A stretch of DNA of 64,000 bases, from the NCBI GenBank assembly GCA_030390025.1, contig CM059432.1, forward strand, positions 42,906,001 to 42,970,000. Direction: 5' to 3'. A program made the translations under genes and the position numbers. The DNA is from Squalus acanthias (Eukaryota). Positions 1 to 11,408 of this stretch are shown here, one piece after another (within the stretch, counting starts at the first letter, position 1; every line of letters begins with the position of its first letter). The notes below the pieces were generated by a model that was not told where the DNA came from, made no database searches, and saw only the letters and a program-made list of their open reading frames with translations.

Positions 1-1289
1 GATTGCCGAATCCTGCTTTCCTTCTGCGTGACTTTGATGTTCCACAGAAAAGGGTGCAGCATGTTCTGTTACAATGGCCAGATTCATTTTGTGCATCATT
101 TCTTATGTGATAGGAAGATGGCATTTTGATTCTAATGCTAGTGAAGTGAACTTAATTACCCAGATGAAAATTCCCAAGCGTGATGATACTGCCTAGTTCT
201 TTTGCTTGTATGAGCGCATATGTTAGTAAAATAAATGACTTTCTGTTAAACCAAATAAATTAGAGAAAATTGTTGGTTCATCGCAATGTTTGATCCTACT
301 GCAGGGACAATAGAAATCAATTTAGAACAAATTCAGTATCTAGCAGGTTAAAGGAGCAAGATAACTTTATATCAGGTTGTTACTGAAAAATTGTTACTAG
401 TATAATTCTACTACTAACAATCTGATATAAAAAATGATTTTCTAAACAACTGTGCTCTGTGAAGTCCTTCAGGACTCCTCTTTTCCAAATATGGATGGGC
501 TGAGGACATAGCCTCTATGTATTCATAGAATAGTATTCCTGCCCACCTTCACATTCAACCTAGGCAGCACAAGGTACATGGACTGACGAGCTGTTATACA
601 CACCACTTTACCTAACCATGACACTATGCAGGATAAACTGGGTTCATATCATGCTGGTATAATTATTCATAAATATACTGAATGCAAAAAAAACTTTCTG
701 ATGTTATGAAGACAAGTGAACCTTCAAAAGATTGCTGAAAACCCTGGAGTATCAGCATAAATGCTTGTTTACTCTGCACGATTGGGAGAGCCCCTGTGGA
801 AATTAATGGCATCTGTATCACCCCAGGTTAACCATTTGAGCTGGTGAATGCAAGTGATAGGGTTCATGATGGAGTGGGCCAATTTCTGCTGGCAGTGCCA
901 GATGTTGAAGGTTCTGACATTAGTTCCTTCTCTATCTGCAGCATCTTTCTAGCTTTTTGCTTCTGTGGAGATAAGAAGAATGACATTCCTGATGTCTACT
1001 TTTTCTTTCCTGTCAGGCTCATGCAAGGATATCTGTGATGTATGAGCCTCAAAAAAAAGAAACCTATTTCTGATCATTGGAACTTATTAAGCACAAACCA
1101 TCTGTGAGTGCAGGTTCTCCCACATCTCCATCCCCTACAGTATTGGCTGACTGAGTTCCCAGCATTTGCACTGCCTTCTCCTCCCACTGTCCCTCATCAT
1201 AGACTATTTAATCTGACAACTGTGTGAGAATTCCCATCACTCTTATGGAATTCTCACAGAAATGGTGTGGCTTCAAAGGGCATGCATGC

Positions 1290-1745
1290 TGCAGAACACA
1301 ACAACACTCAAGAAGCTCAATGCTATCAAGGACAAACAGTTTTCTTGATTGGCACTTCACTCACTAGCCTAAACATCCACCTCCTTCACCACCGGCATAC
1401 TGGAGCTGCAATGTGAACATTCTACAGGATGCAACTTGTCAAGGCTTCTTTGGCTGCACCTCCCAATCCTGCAACCTCCCCCACCACCCTGGAGGACAAG
1501 GACAACACATGCATGAGAACACCGTCACCTCCAAGTTCCCCTCCATGTCACACACCATCCTGACTTGGACATATATCGCCATTCCTTCATTATCGCTGGG
1601 TCAAAATCCTGGAACTCTCTACCTAATAGCATTGTGGGAGCATCTTTACCACACAGACTGCAGTGGTTCAACAAGAAGGCCCACCACCGGCTTCTCAAGG
1701 GTAACTAGGGATGGGTGTTAAATACCGACCTTGCAAGCTAAGTAT
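1290..1745 (+). mobile_element. Old 3' fragment of the tRNA-headed CR1-clade LINE family
   Basis: Colinear with 32930-33390 (caacactcaagaagctc...ggtcaaaatcctggaactc...ttctcaagggtaactagggatggg); more diverged. Confidence 0.8.
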
Positions 1746-2615
1746 GAAAAGAAAATTGCCTCGGGGTCCTATCTGAGCCATGGGACCCGATTAGCATATT
1801 TTAATGAGCTGTCCACCTGAGTCAGGCAGTCGCTTCAACCGTTAAATCACCGTGGGGCGGTATTGGAGCGGGAGAAAGAGTCGCTCAGTTTCCACCAGGC
1901 TGAGGGTATTCAAATCTCTCCTGAGGTGCCGGAGATGTTCAATTTCTTAGTACTTGCATGTTTTACCTTAATGAGCACAAAATTCATCACAAAGCAAATT
2001 AAAGTGAAACTGATAAATAACCACAGCAAGAGTACAGCAAAGATGTGTTGTTTTAATAATATTTATTATTCATACAGAATCAGTTCCATACATGCCACTG
2101 TGTGGGCAGCAGAAGGATGCAGAGTAAGCTTTGTCCTGCCTCTTTAATTGTCTTTCCCTTCATTACTGTGTTAAAATAAAATTTGTTTTTTTTGTAGTAA
2201 TTTAAGTAGTTGCAGTAGATTCTCAGCATAGTGTATCACCACGATTTATTGCGTGATACAGAATGGTTATAATTGTTTACTTATACACAAACAATGTAAT
2301 ATTCTATCTCTATACAATTACTATAAGGCTCCCAAAGACACAATTACAGAAAGTCTGGTCTACTGTACTCTGTGTGATTGCTGAACTTGGAAATGTTCCC
2401 AATGTTCTGCACATGAGGAAAATTATAAATTATTTTGTAGACCATTTATTATACTGGTAATAGAAATTTTCTGCAGTCAAGTAGAATAATTATTAGTAAG
2501 AAATGGCGATGGAATGTGTTAATTGGATGTGCATTTACAGATTGAGTTGTTGATAACTATGAGTAAAACTGATTGAATAATCAGAGGATGCATTAACTAT
2601 TCAGTAAGAAATGAA

Positions 2616-3049
2616 GGGAGAGATTTTCAACTGCCACCTGCCCATTTCTTGCCTGCAAAAAGGGCAACTGACAGTGGAATATCGGAGGGCGGGAGACGGA
2701 TCACCTCAGCTGCCCCTTGGATGCAATTTTCTGGCAAATCTATAAATGGGCGCACAGCATGCAAGCTGCTTACATACGCAAATTGGGATCCTACACAAGT
2801 TGTGGGATCCCAATATTCAGGTACAAATAGGTGGAGCCACGCTGCCTACGCACCAGGTGGAGAATGGGTTACCAATGGATACTCCGGAAGTAGCCTAGAT
2901 CTATTTTTGAGAGGGTGAGCTGCCCTCTAGTACTCATCAAGCGTTGGCTAGCTCACCAAATTGCATTGATGAGACAGTGGCTTTGGGCAGGCGACGTGGC
3001 CTCTCTGCCGTCTTCACACCTGTTTTGGGTGGGTGTTAAAAATCGCCCC
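2616..3049. mobile_element. Putative Harbinger-type MITE
   Basis: Imperfect termini gggagagattttcaac ... gttaaaaatcgcccc, resembling other GG..AATTTT-ended elements here; GC-richer than flanks. Confidence 0.45.
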
Positions 3050-3486
3050 ATTTATTTTATACACTTCTTGTATATTTACATCGAAATATTAAGAGTCCAA
3101 ATTAGCCAAGTTTTGACTTGAGGAATACAGAAATGTTCCTGCACATTAAGTGACTTTTAGTTTTATGGATAATGCATACACTGGTTCTAATGAATGCTGT
3201 GGTGTGTTTTACGGTCTGAATGCTTATTGAAGTGTGAAGTGCAAGCAAGTGGTTTAGTCTGGTTAATGACATTTATTCTAAAACCATTGAAATATTCATT
3301 CTCACCATTAGTAGATAGATCAAATGCAGCGATTCTTAAAGCACATACTTAAAATTTGGGTGGCATACTTCCTTTAAGAACTCATACCTTTGGTTAATGA
3401 ACCTCCTCATTGATTATACAGTTTACTATGCATTAATGCCGACTCTTACTACCAATAAGATTGGCAAAAATCAATAACATATCTAG

Positions 3487-3607
3487 GGGGTGGAATTGGT
3501 CTTTGGTGGTAGCGTAAAACAGACACTGGCGAATCAGCAGCCTGTTTTACACCCCGCCCGATTTTCGTTTCACTTTGTGCTACCACTGAAGGTCAATTTC
3601 ACTGCCC
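3487..3607. mobile_element. Short Harbinger-type MITE
   Basis: TIR-like ggggtggaattggtc / ggtcaatttcactgccc flanked by TAG on both sides (3484-3486, 3608-3610); internal gtaaaacag/ctgttttac inverted repeat. Confidence 0.55.
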
Positions 3608-3814
3608 TAGTACTTATGATCATCGTTTGGCCTGTATCAATTACCAACCCCAGGGATTAGTACCAGATATGTGTACATGAAACCTTTCTTATAAATATGA
3701 CTGATCCGCCTTAGGACCACAACAGTCCTGACCAAGTGCTTCTATTTTCCAGGCTTTTCCACTTTTTCCAAGAAGAATATTTGGGACCTATAATTATTTT
3801 CTGATTTGCAGTAA

Positions 3815-4492
3815 CAGATCTGCTCCCTAAAGACGCTCTGCGGATATGGCCTCCTGCTGAGAGTCCTTCTCCCCCTCCTCCTCCTCACTCTTCTAGTAGC
3901 TTGTCCCACTCTGCGTGGCCTCTGCTCATTCTCCCAGTCATGCTCAATGCCAAGAGCAAGCTGTACTAGGCCACCCATGTCTGAAAGCAATAGCTTTGTG
4001 AACAAGCCTTTAAGTCACCAAAAAAGTACTTCAGTACTAGCCAACCACACCATGTAGACTATTGGAACTTTTAATAAGTATGGAAAAGCACCCAAAACAT
4101 GTAGAATTGCAGCAATAGCCAGAAGAAATAATCCAGCAACTAACCTGTAAGTAGTTGATGATCCCTTTAACTAGCGCCAGTGGGGGGTCTTTCATGCCAT
4201 TTAACATCGTGTTCAGCTGTGGGGGGTTAAGAGAGGAAGTAGGCTGGAGCATGGAGCTCAAAAATGGCAGCGCTAGCATCAAATCAACATTGCACGCTGA
4301 TTGATGTCATGATCTGCCTGCTCTGCATGCTGCCGGCGGAGGTTAGATGCGTGTGCGCTAACCCCTTTACCAATATGGCATCCAGTGCACTTTGCATCAG
4401 AAGTATACATGCGCACCGTGGACGCCATTTTGGAACCTTAAGGGATCTTGTAGGGCCCCAAAAAGGGCGCTACCAATCCCAATTTCAACCCC
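3815..4492 (-). mobile_element. 5' end of a Harbinger transposon with transposase N-terminus
   Basis: Terminus ggggttgaaattg at 4492; minus-strand MGGLVQLALG...RRRRGRRTLSRRPYPQSVFREQ (ATG 3978) resembles the Arg-rich ..YP.RV(F/Y)R N-terminus of HARBI-type transposases (compare RRHYPHERI at ~8590). Confidence 0.6.
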
Positions 4493-6934
4493 GATGCTTG
4501 TTGTCTGGGTGGGACAGTGATTTAACACAATGTCCTTTCACTTCTGGGATCTTGGTTTGAAAGCAGCCCATATGAATGAGGTGAAAGTCTGCACCTTCTG
4601 CCCCGCAAGGGCTCTGTGTGAAATGGGTTTGCTCAGTCTCAACCCATTTCCTACGAAGTGTGAGCGAAAGCTGAAAATTTCTCACAATTTGGCAATTTCA
4701 GTTGGAGAGACCGTAAGGATGGCTGTTGTGCTCCATCCATTGGTGCTATGTCTGACCTGGAAGTACTTGATGGTTGGCACTGGGTAACAAAAGTGAAAAA
4801 TGTTCCAAAAGTCACCTTGAAGATCACATAATTGACTGAAAATAATATGAATTTTGAAAGATTTTTAAAAATGCATTTGCTGAAAGGGATATGAAAAAGA
4901 GAAATCAATAAGCCTACAAAACAAAAAAAAATCAAACAAGCAACAGTTTAATCAGTGGAGCAACTTGCCTTACTGCCTGAATGGAAAATGTGGTCTCAAG
5001 GAACACTTCAATTTCTTGAAAAAAATACGTTCCTGCATTTCATCAAAATGTGTGAAACAAAACCCAGAGACTGTCTGGAGACAAATTAGGACCTGCCAAT
5101 AACTACCTCATACAGAGCACAAATGTTCTCAGCATTTGCCAACAATATCCTGTTGATAAAATGCAGTTCCAGCCCTATCTTCCACTCTCAGATTTTGATA
5201 AGGAGGCTCGGTTCCCATGTCCCTGTAATCTGAGTGATTAGTATCAAACTTGAATCACAAACAGCATATAACCAGCAATGAAAGAAAGGGAGACTGACTG
5301 ATAGTGACACAAGACAAAGACTCAACCACAAGTAAACTATCAAAATGTTCCTGTTAAGTCTATGCATTTCAGAAGAAGCAAAATAGATCAACATGATACT
5401 TTTAGTCACGACTATCTGGTATTCTTCCCAAATGCATACATATTAGTTCGGTAATTTGTGCTGCGGCATTGTGTAAAATTAAAGCAAGAACAGTTTTCAC
5501 AGTACATTTCAGGTTCTGTGAATTTAATGGATAAATGAAAGGGCTGGTGTTCCAAATTATATTAGTTTAATAAAAGAATTAAAATACTGGCATTTCACTT
5601 CATTGTCCTATAAAATGTACCCTTAATAATGCTACTGTAATTTTACAGTTCTGCACTACTTTGGTACTTTCTACCAGCTGGTGGTCTAATGAGGAGGGGG
5701 AGAGGATGGAAGTGTCCAATCCTTGACAGTGTAGTGGAGGAATACATATGCGATTTCCTGGAGATGCTGGCAAGCTGAGTGGAAAATAAATTCTGCATGT
5801 GATATTTGGAACTGTAAAGAGAAGCATGAATCACTTTTTTTTTAAGCTATAGTGGAAGGTGCATCTGTGTTCCCAGCAGTTTGGGAACTTGTATGCCAGT
5901 ATATAAGAAAAGCATAATTTACTAGATTAAAATTGACTAGAATAGTAAAATAATAATAGTACACGTTCTGTAAATTCAATTAGATGGTGGAATTTTCACT
6001 TTTCAGTGAACAAAATGTTTATGGTGTAACTTCAGGAACAGTCTCATTTTTTTGTACATCCTCTTTTGCTAAATTTTTGCCCTCCCCCATAACGCCCTCG
6101 AAGGGGCCGACTCCTACTGGCCTGTGGGTTCACAAGTGCCAGTTAATCTCTGATACCTCACCTATTCTTCATGTGTGAGCCTAGATAGTGACTGTTGGGT
6201 GGGTACTTGAATATTTCACTGGATAGCAATCAGGAACAGGAATTGTTGCTGATTGTCTCCTCTGTAGCACATTTAGTATTAAACAATACATTAATGCACA
6301 AACTATTCAGAGTGCAGTCTTGTGTTCAATGCTCAAATGATGGTGTACACTGGTGAAGTAATTAAATACACGCCATTCATTCCTTATTTGGTAAATGTAG
6401 TTACTTCGTTTTGTTGTTAACCGTTTATTTGATATTTTACATGCTTACAACTTTACAACTGATCTGCGACATCATGAAAGATTCAACAGCTTATGCTGGG
6501 CTCATAAATCACAAACCTTATTTAATACTATATACATAGTAATAAAATAATATACCTTCAGAGAAATTTAAAATTGGAGGACCCCCACATTTAGCTTTTT
6601 GTTAAAATCTCTATTAACAACTGAAAAAAATTAACATAAATATTATGGAATAAAATTAGTGAAATCATTTTAAATGTTGTTTAGATTAGACTTTGGTTGT
6701 GCAATACTTTATGTCAGCATAAATGATTATTTAGTTTAAAAAGAATGCACTCAATGGATGTTGGTTCAGACCACCAAATACAATAATAAAAGATAGCAGA
6801 GTAAATTAAAAGTGATTGCTTTAAGACTTTCCTACACAAAGTTTCTATTATTTTCAAATAGAATTCATACATGTTTGTGTTATTTTAAGTAGAAAATGTT
6901 CAAGTTCAAATCGGAAAACTTTACAAATTAATAT

Positions 6935-7372
6935 TTTTTTTAAATTTGTTTTTATGGGATCTGGGCGTCGCTGGCAAGGCCAGCATTTATTGCCCATCCC
7001 TAATTGCCCTTGAAAAGGTGGCGGTGAACCGCCTTCTTGAACCGCTGCAGTCTGTGTGGTGAAGGTACTCCCACAGTGCTGTTAGGGAGGGAGTTCCAGG
7101 ATTTTGACCCAGTGACGATGAAGGATCGGCGATATACTTCTAAGTCAGGATGATGTGTGACTTGGAGGGGAACTTGGAGGTGGTGGTGTTCCCATGCATC
7201 TGCTGCCCTTGTCCTTCTAGGTGGAAGAGGTCGCGGGTTTGGGAGGTGCTGCCGAAGAAGCCTTGGCAAGTTGCTGCAGTGCATCTTGTAGATGGTACAT
7301 ACTGCAGCCACGGTACGCCGGTGGTGGAGGGAGTGGATGTTTAACGTGGTAGAGGGGGTGCCAATCAAGCAG
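6935..7372 (-). mobile_element. 3' fragment of the tRNA-headed CR1-clade LINE family
   Basis: ORF 7000..7398 ends ...RRSFIVTGSKSWNSLPNS...FKKAVHRHLFKGN, matching the C-terminus of 32699..33346; same 3' UTR. Confidence 0.9.
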
Positions 7373-8445
7373 CGTTCAAACAGACACCAATATCTCAAAA
7401 CTAAATGGATTTAAGTCTTTTGTTAAATACTATTGATTTCAACAATAAGTGATTATGAGGTCCTGAAACTTTAAAGACAATTTCAAATCAGCAAAAAGAA
7501 GTAATGAACATAATGACATCATCACAAAACTAACAATATGAATGTGCAGCCCATAATTTACAAACGTGGCAGGTACTTGTTTATTTTTTTAAAGACTTGA
7601 TATTGATTTCAAAGCATTAAAACAATTTTTATATTTTGCAGAAAAAGTCACAAGTGTAATATCTACAAATCTGGATCTTATTTAAAACTCAAAACATTAA
7701 TCAAACTATGGCACTCATCCAGCGTCTGCTGCTCAATACTTCAGGAATCTTCTGCTGCTCCTGTTTTCACACATTTACACTTAGTCTAACACAAATCTTT
7801 TGTTAACTTCTGTAGCAAACTGGATATCAACATACCAACAATTCGAGACAACAATTGAAGTCATGATTACCATAGATTACTTGTCTTTGAAAAGATTATC
7901 CCTAGATTCTCAATCTGAACATGAAACAATGCAGGGAATTTTAACACCCAACAACGGGTGGGTTGGGGTCGAGTGGGAAGTAAAAATAGGAGAAAAATAG
8001 GTCGTGGGAAGCACGACCGCAACTCGGCTCCAACGCGCCCACTTCCGGTTTAACTGAGGCGTGATTGGCTGTGTGCGAGTAACCTGCTCGCTAGAGTCGG
8101 CGCGATTGTTAGCACAGGTGGGTCAGCAATGAACGCAGCATTGAACATCATAATTAAATGAAAATATGGGGATTTTCAATTGATTTAAACATTCCTTTGA
8201 ATTTAACGCCTCCAGCGCGGGTTTCCCGGGGCTCGGGAAACTCGCCAGTGAAAAGGAGGCGTGTTTCAGATGCACTTCATGGGGGTCTTTAAACTTCAGA
8301 TTGCCTGATCTCGATAAAGGCTCAGTGCTAACAGCTGCTTTGTCAGTTCCCTCTGGAAAACGTTTAGCAGAGAGCTCTTGTCAGCATAGAGCTTTGTGAG
8401 AAGTTTGGAGCCTCTCAAACAGACACCAGTAGGACGAGAGGTGCC

Positions 8446-9504
8446 ATGGATGTTTTTGACACTACATCGGACGAGTCTCACAATCACCATCCACGGCAGC
8501 GATGACGTGCTGTGGCTGGATCAACAGGTGCACAGGAGAGAGGTGCAGAACAGCAGCGAGGAGACCAAAAGAGGGTCTGAGGTCACAGGAGGCACTACCC
8601 CCATGAAAGGATCGAATGACAGAAGCTCAACTTCCTGAACCTGTCTGAAGAGCAGCGCTTCCGCAGGCTTAGACTGTCATGGCAGGTAGTCGTTGACATC
8701 AGCAGCCTCCTTCGAGAAGAGCTGTTCCCTGCTGGACCTGGTGGTTACGCATGCCCGTTGCTGTCAAAGTCACCACCGCCCTCAATTTCTTTGCCTCTGG
8801 CACCTTCCGGTGCACCACCAGAGACATCTCGAGGGTCTCTCAGTTGGCTGCCCATAAGTGCATACAGCAGGTCACGGATGGGTTGTTTGCCAGGGCGTCG
8901 ACTTATGTCAACTTTCCCTGTGACGACAATTGCCAGAATTAACGTGTACTCGCATTCGCCTCTCTGGGTGGCTTCCCACAGGTACAGGGTGCCATCGATT
9001 GCACACACGTAGTAACCTGAGGACCACCACAGCACCCAGGAGTTTTTATCAGTCGCAAGGGATATTATTCCATCAATGTACAGCTGGTGTGCAGCCACAA
9101 GAAGAGGTTCATGCAGGTGTGCGGCAGATTCCCTGGGAGCTGTCATGATGCTTTCATACTGTGGCGGTCCAACATTCTAGACCTTTACGTTCCAGGAACC
9201 AGACTTAAGCGCTGGCTCATAGGAGACAAGGGATACCTCTTTCAAAGTTGGCTCATGACACCTGTGAGGATCCCTACTAATAAGGAGCAGGAGTGCTACA
9301 ACCGAGAGCCACATGACCACCAGGTGTGTCATAGAGAAAGCCATCGGCATGTTGAATATGGGCTTCAGATGCCTAGATAGGTCTGGAGACGCCCTTCAGT
9401 ACTCGCCAGCAAGGGTGTCCAGAATCATAGTGGTCTGCTGCATCCTGCACAACATTGCGCAGCAGAGAGTAATGCAAGTGGAGGAGGACAAAGGCGCTCA
9501 TTAG
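8446..9504 (+). pseudogene. Harbinger (HARBI1-like) DDE transposase pseudogene
   Basis: AVKVTTALNFFASG, FPQVQGAIDCTHV, SINVQLVC, FPGSCHDAFIL, WLIGDKGY, WLMTP, IEKAIGML..FRCLD, CCILHN; several stops and a frameshift near 9300. Confidence 0.92.
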
Positions 9505-9589
9505 GCATCTTCGGATGAGGAGAATATTTTCCTTCACTCTCCTCCTCCATAACTTCAGGGACAGGCTGGGCTGATGAAGGCACAAGGGT

Positions 9590-10374
9590 CAGGTTGTGGT
9601 GAGGGGAGGCGGGGAACACAAGATATGCATGCTTACACCATCAGCAGCTTGTAAGTGAGAACAGATTGTGGGATGAGGGGGAAATGGAATGTGAGAAGGA
9701 GGATTAGGTATGAGCCTACCGTCATCATCAGTAATGCTTTCAACTTCGCCACTTGCCACGGACTCAGACTCTGTCCTCCAGCTCCATGAGGTTCTGCAGT
9801 CGGCCTTCCCCATCTCCCGTTTATTGCTGCTCCTGGCGGTTATGAGCCACCTTGTCCTGCAATAGAAAGGGAAGTGTGTCAGTGAGTGTGGTGCAATGTG
9901 TTTGGGTGATGTGCCTGCCATGGTTGAATAGCTGACAGTGTGTGCAAGGTGTGAGATGTGGGTGTGAGGCTTGCAGCGGTGTGTAAGGGTAAGGTGAAGC
10001 TATGATTCTGAGGTATGAGTATGATTGCTAGAGATTGTTGGTAGGTGAGTGATGGGGGTGTGGTGCATTGAGCAGTGTGTGAGGCTGGTGGTGCAGATGG
10101 TGGGATATGGCATTTGAAGATGCATTCACTCACCTTGATCACTCGTGTGAGGTCATTAAACTTTTTGCGGCACTGGATCCAGGTCCTGGCGACAACACTG
10201 GTGGCACTGACAGCTTGAGCTAATTCCTCCCACAGCCTTCTGGTGTGCTGCCTGGAAGGCCTCCTGCCCCCGCTGTGGGTAGAGGACCTCACGTCATCTG
10301 TGAACCTTCAGGACCAAGGCCTCCGGTTCCACATCAGAAAACCTCCTCGCTCTCTCTCTTTCCTGTTGGGCCAT
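9590..10374 (-). pseudogene. Harbinger Myb/SANT-like DNA-binding protein pseudogene (spliced)
   Basis: MAQQERERARRFSD...LWEELAQAVSATSVVARTWIQCRKKFNDL; donor AAG|GTGAGT at 10134/10133; acceptor ttctattgcag|GACAAG at 9857/9856 continuing DKVAHNRQEQQ*TGDG. Confidence 0.85.
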
Positions 10375-11408
10375 GACTTCATCCAGACTGACAATGAGGC
10401 GCTTCTGCAACAACGCACCTCCCCTTTCAGTAGTGCAGAGAGCCGAGGACAAATTTTATTGGCCAGTAGACTGCACCCGATATTGGCCCCCCTGTTCAGC
10501 GCTAAGCCAACCAGCAGCGTGTTTAACACTGAGATCAGCGCTCCAATCATAATAATGAGCAGGCAGCATGAATTTTGCATGCTGCCTGCACCACTTTGAA
10601 CAGGTGCGGGCACATCGCGCTTTGCGCTCCCTGCGCCCGTTTTTAGGCTTTATCCAATTTCACCCCCAAAGGAAGAAGCATGGAATTGTTATTTGAAACA
10701 AGTAACAAAGGTAAAGATAATTCAGTAAGCATATATTGAGTACATGCCAGGTCTAATCCTAACAAGAGAAGGCAGGCCCAAAATTCCACGGGGCGAGTTG
10801 ACCTGATGTTGTGTTGCTGAACCGGGACTTCGCTCCAACCGATCCACACTAGCGCTGATCCCATCGTAAATGAGGGGTCAGCTCATTTAAATATTCCTTG
10901 GCGTTGGCTGAGCACAATTCCCATGTAACGTGCGAATACTGAGCTGGGGGCGTTGGAAATTGACAATTGCAGTCTTTAGAAAGCTTAGCATGGCAGCAGC
11001 AAGTTTGTGGAGCAGCAGGTAAGCATTTCATGGTTAGAAAGACTGGATACACTGTAGCGTAACTATAATAGAAGGCTCATGTGAGATTTTTTGGTACATT
11101 AAAAGTATGTCTTGGTGGAGGAACAGCCAGAGGCTCCCATACAAAGGAGCAAGATCTCAATACAAGAAGAAGAAAAACAACAACTTGCATTTATATAGAG
11201 CCTTTAATGTAAGAAAACATTCCAAGGCGCATCACAGGAGCCTAATCAGGCAAACATTGCCACCAAGTGAAAGAAGGAGATATTAAGACAGGTGACTAAA
11301 GACAAAACTAACTTTTGGTTAAAGAGGTAAGATTTAAGGAGAATGTTCGAGGAGGAGAGATAGAAAGGTTTAGGGAGGGAATTCCAAAGCTTAAGGCCCA
11401 GACACCTG

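Larger units (their letters stand above)
7931..10667. mobile_element. Degenerate two-gene PIF/Harbinger DNA transposon
   Basis: Termini gcagggaattttaac ... ccaatttcaccccc; convergent DDE transposase (+) and Myb/SANT gene (-), the canonical Harbinger layout. TSD ambiguous. Confidence 0.85.

Noticed and set aside
8446..9504. Domesticated host gene HARBI1 or an MSANTD/NAIF1 gene
   Set aside because: Multiple stops and a frameshift, transposon termini, and paired Myb gene indicate a dead transposon.
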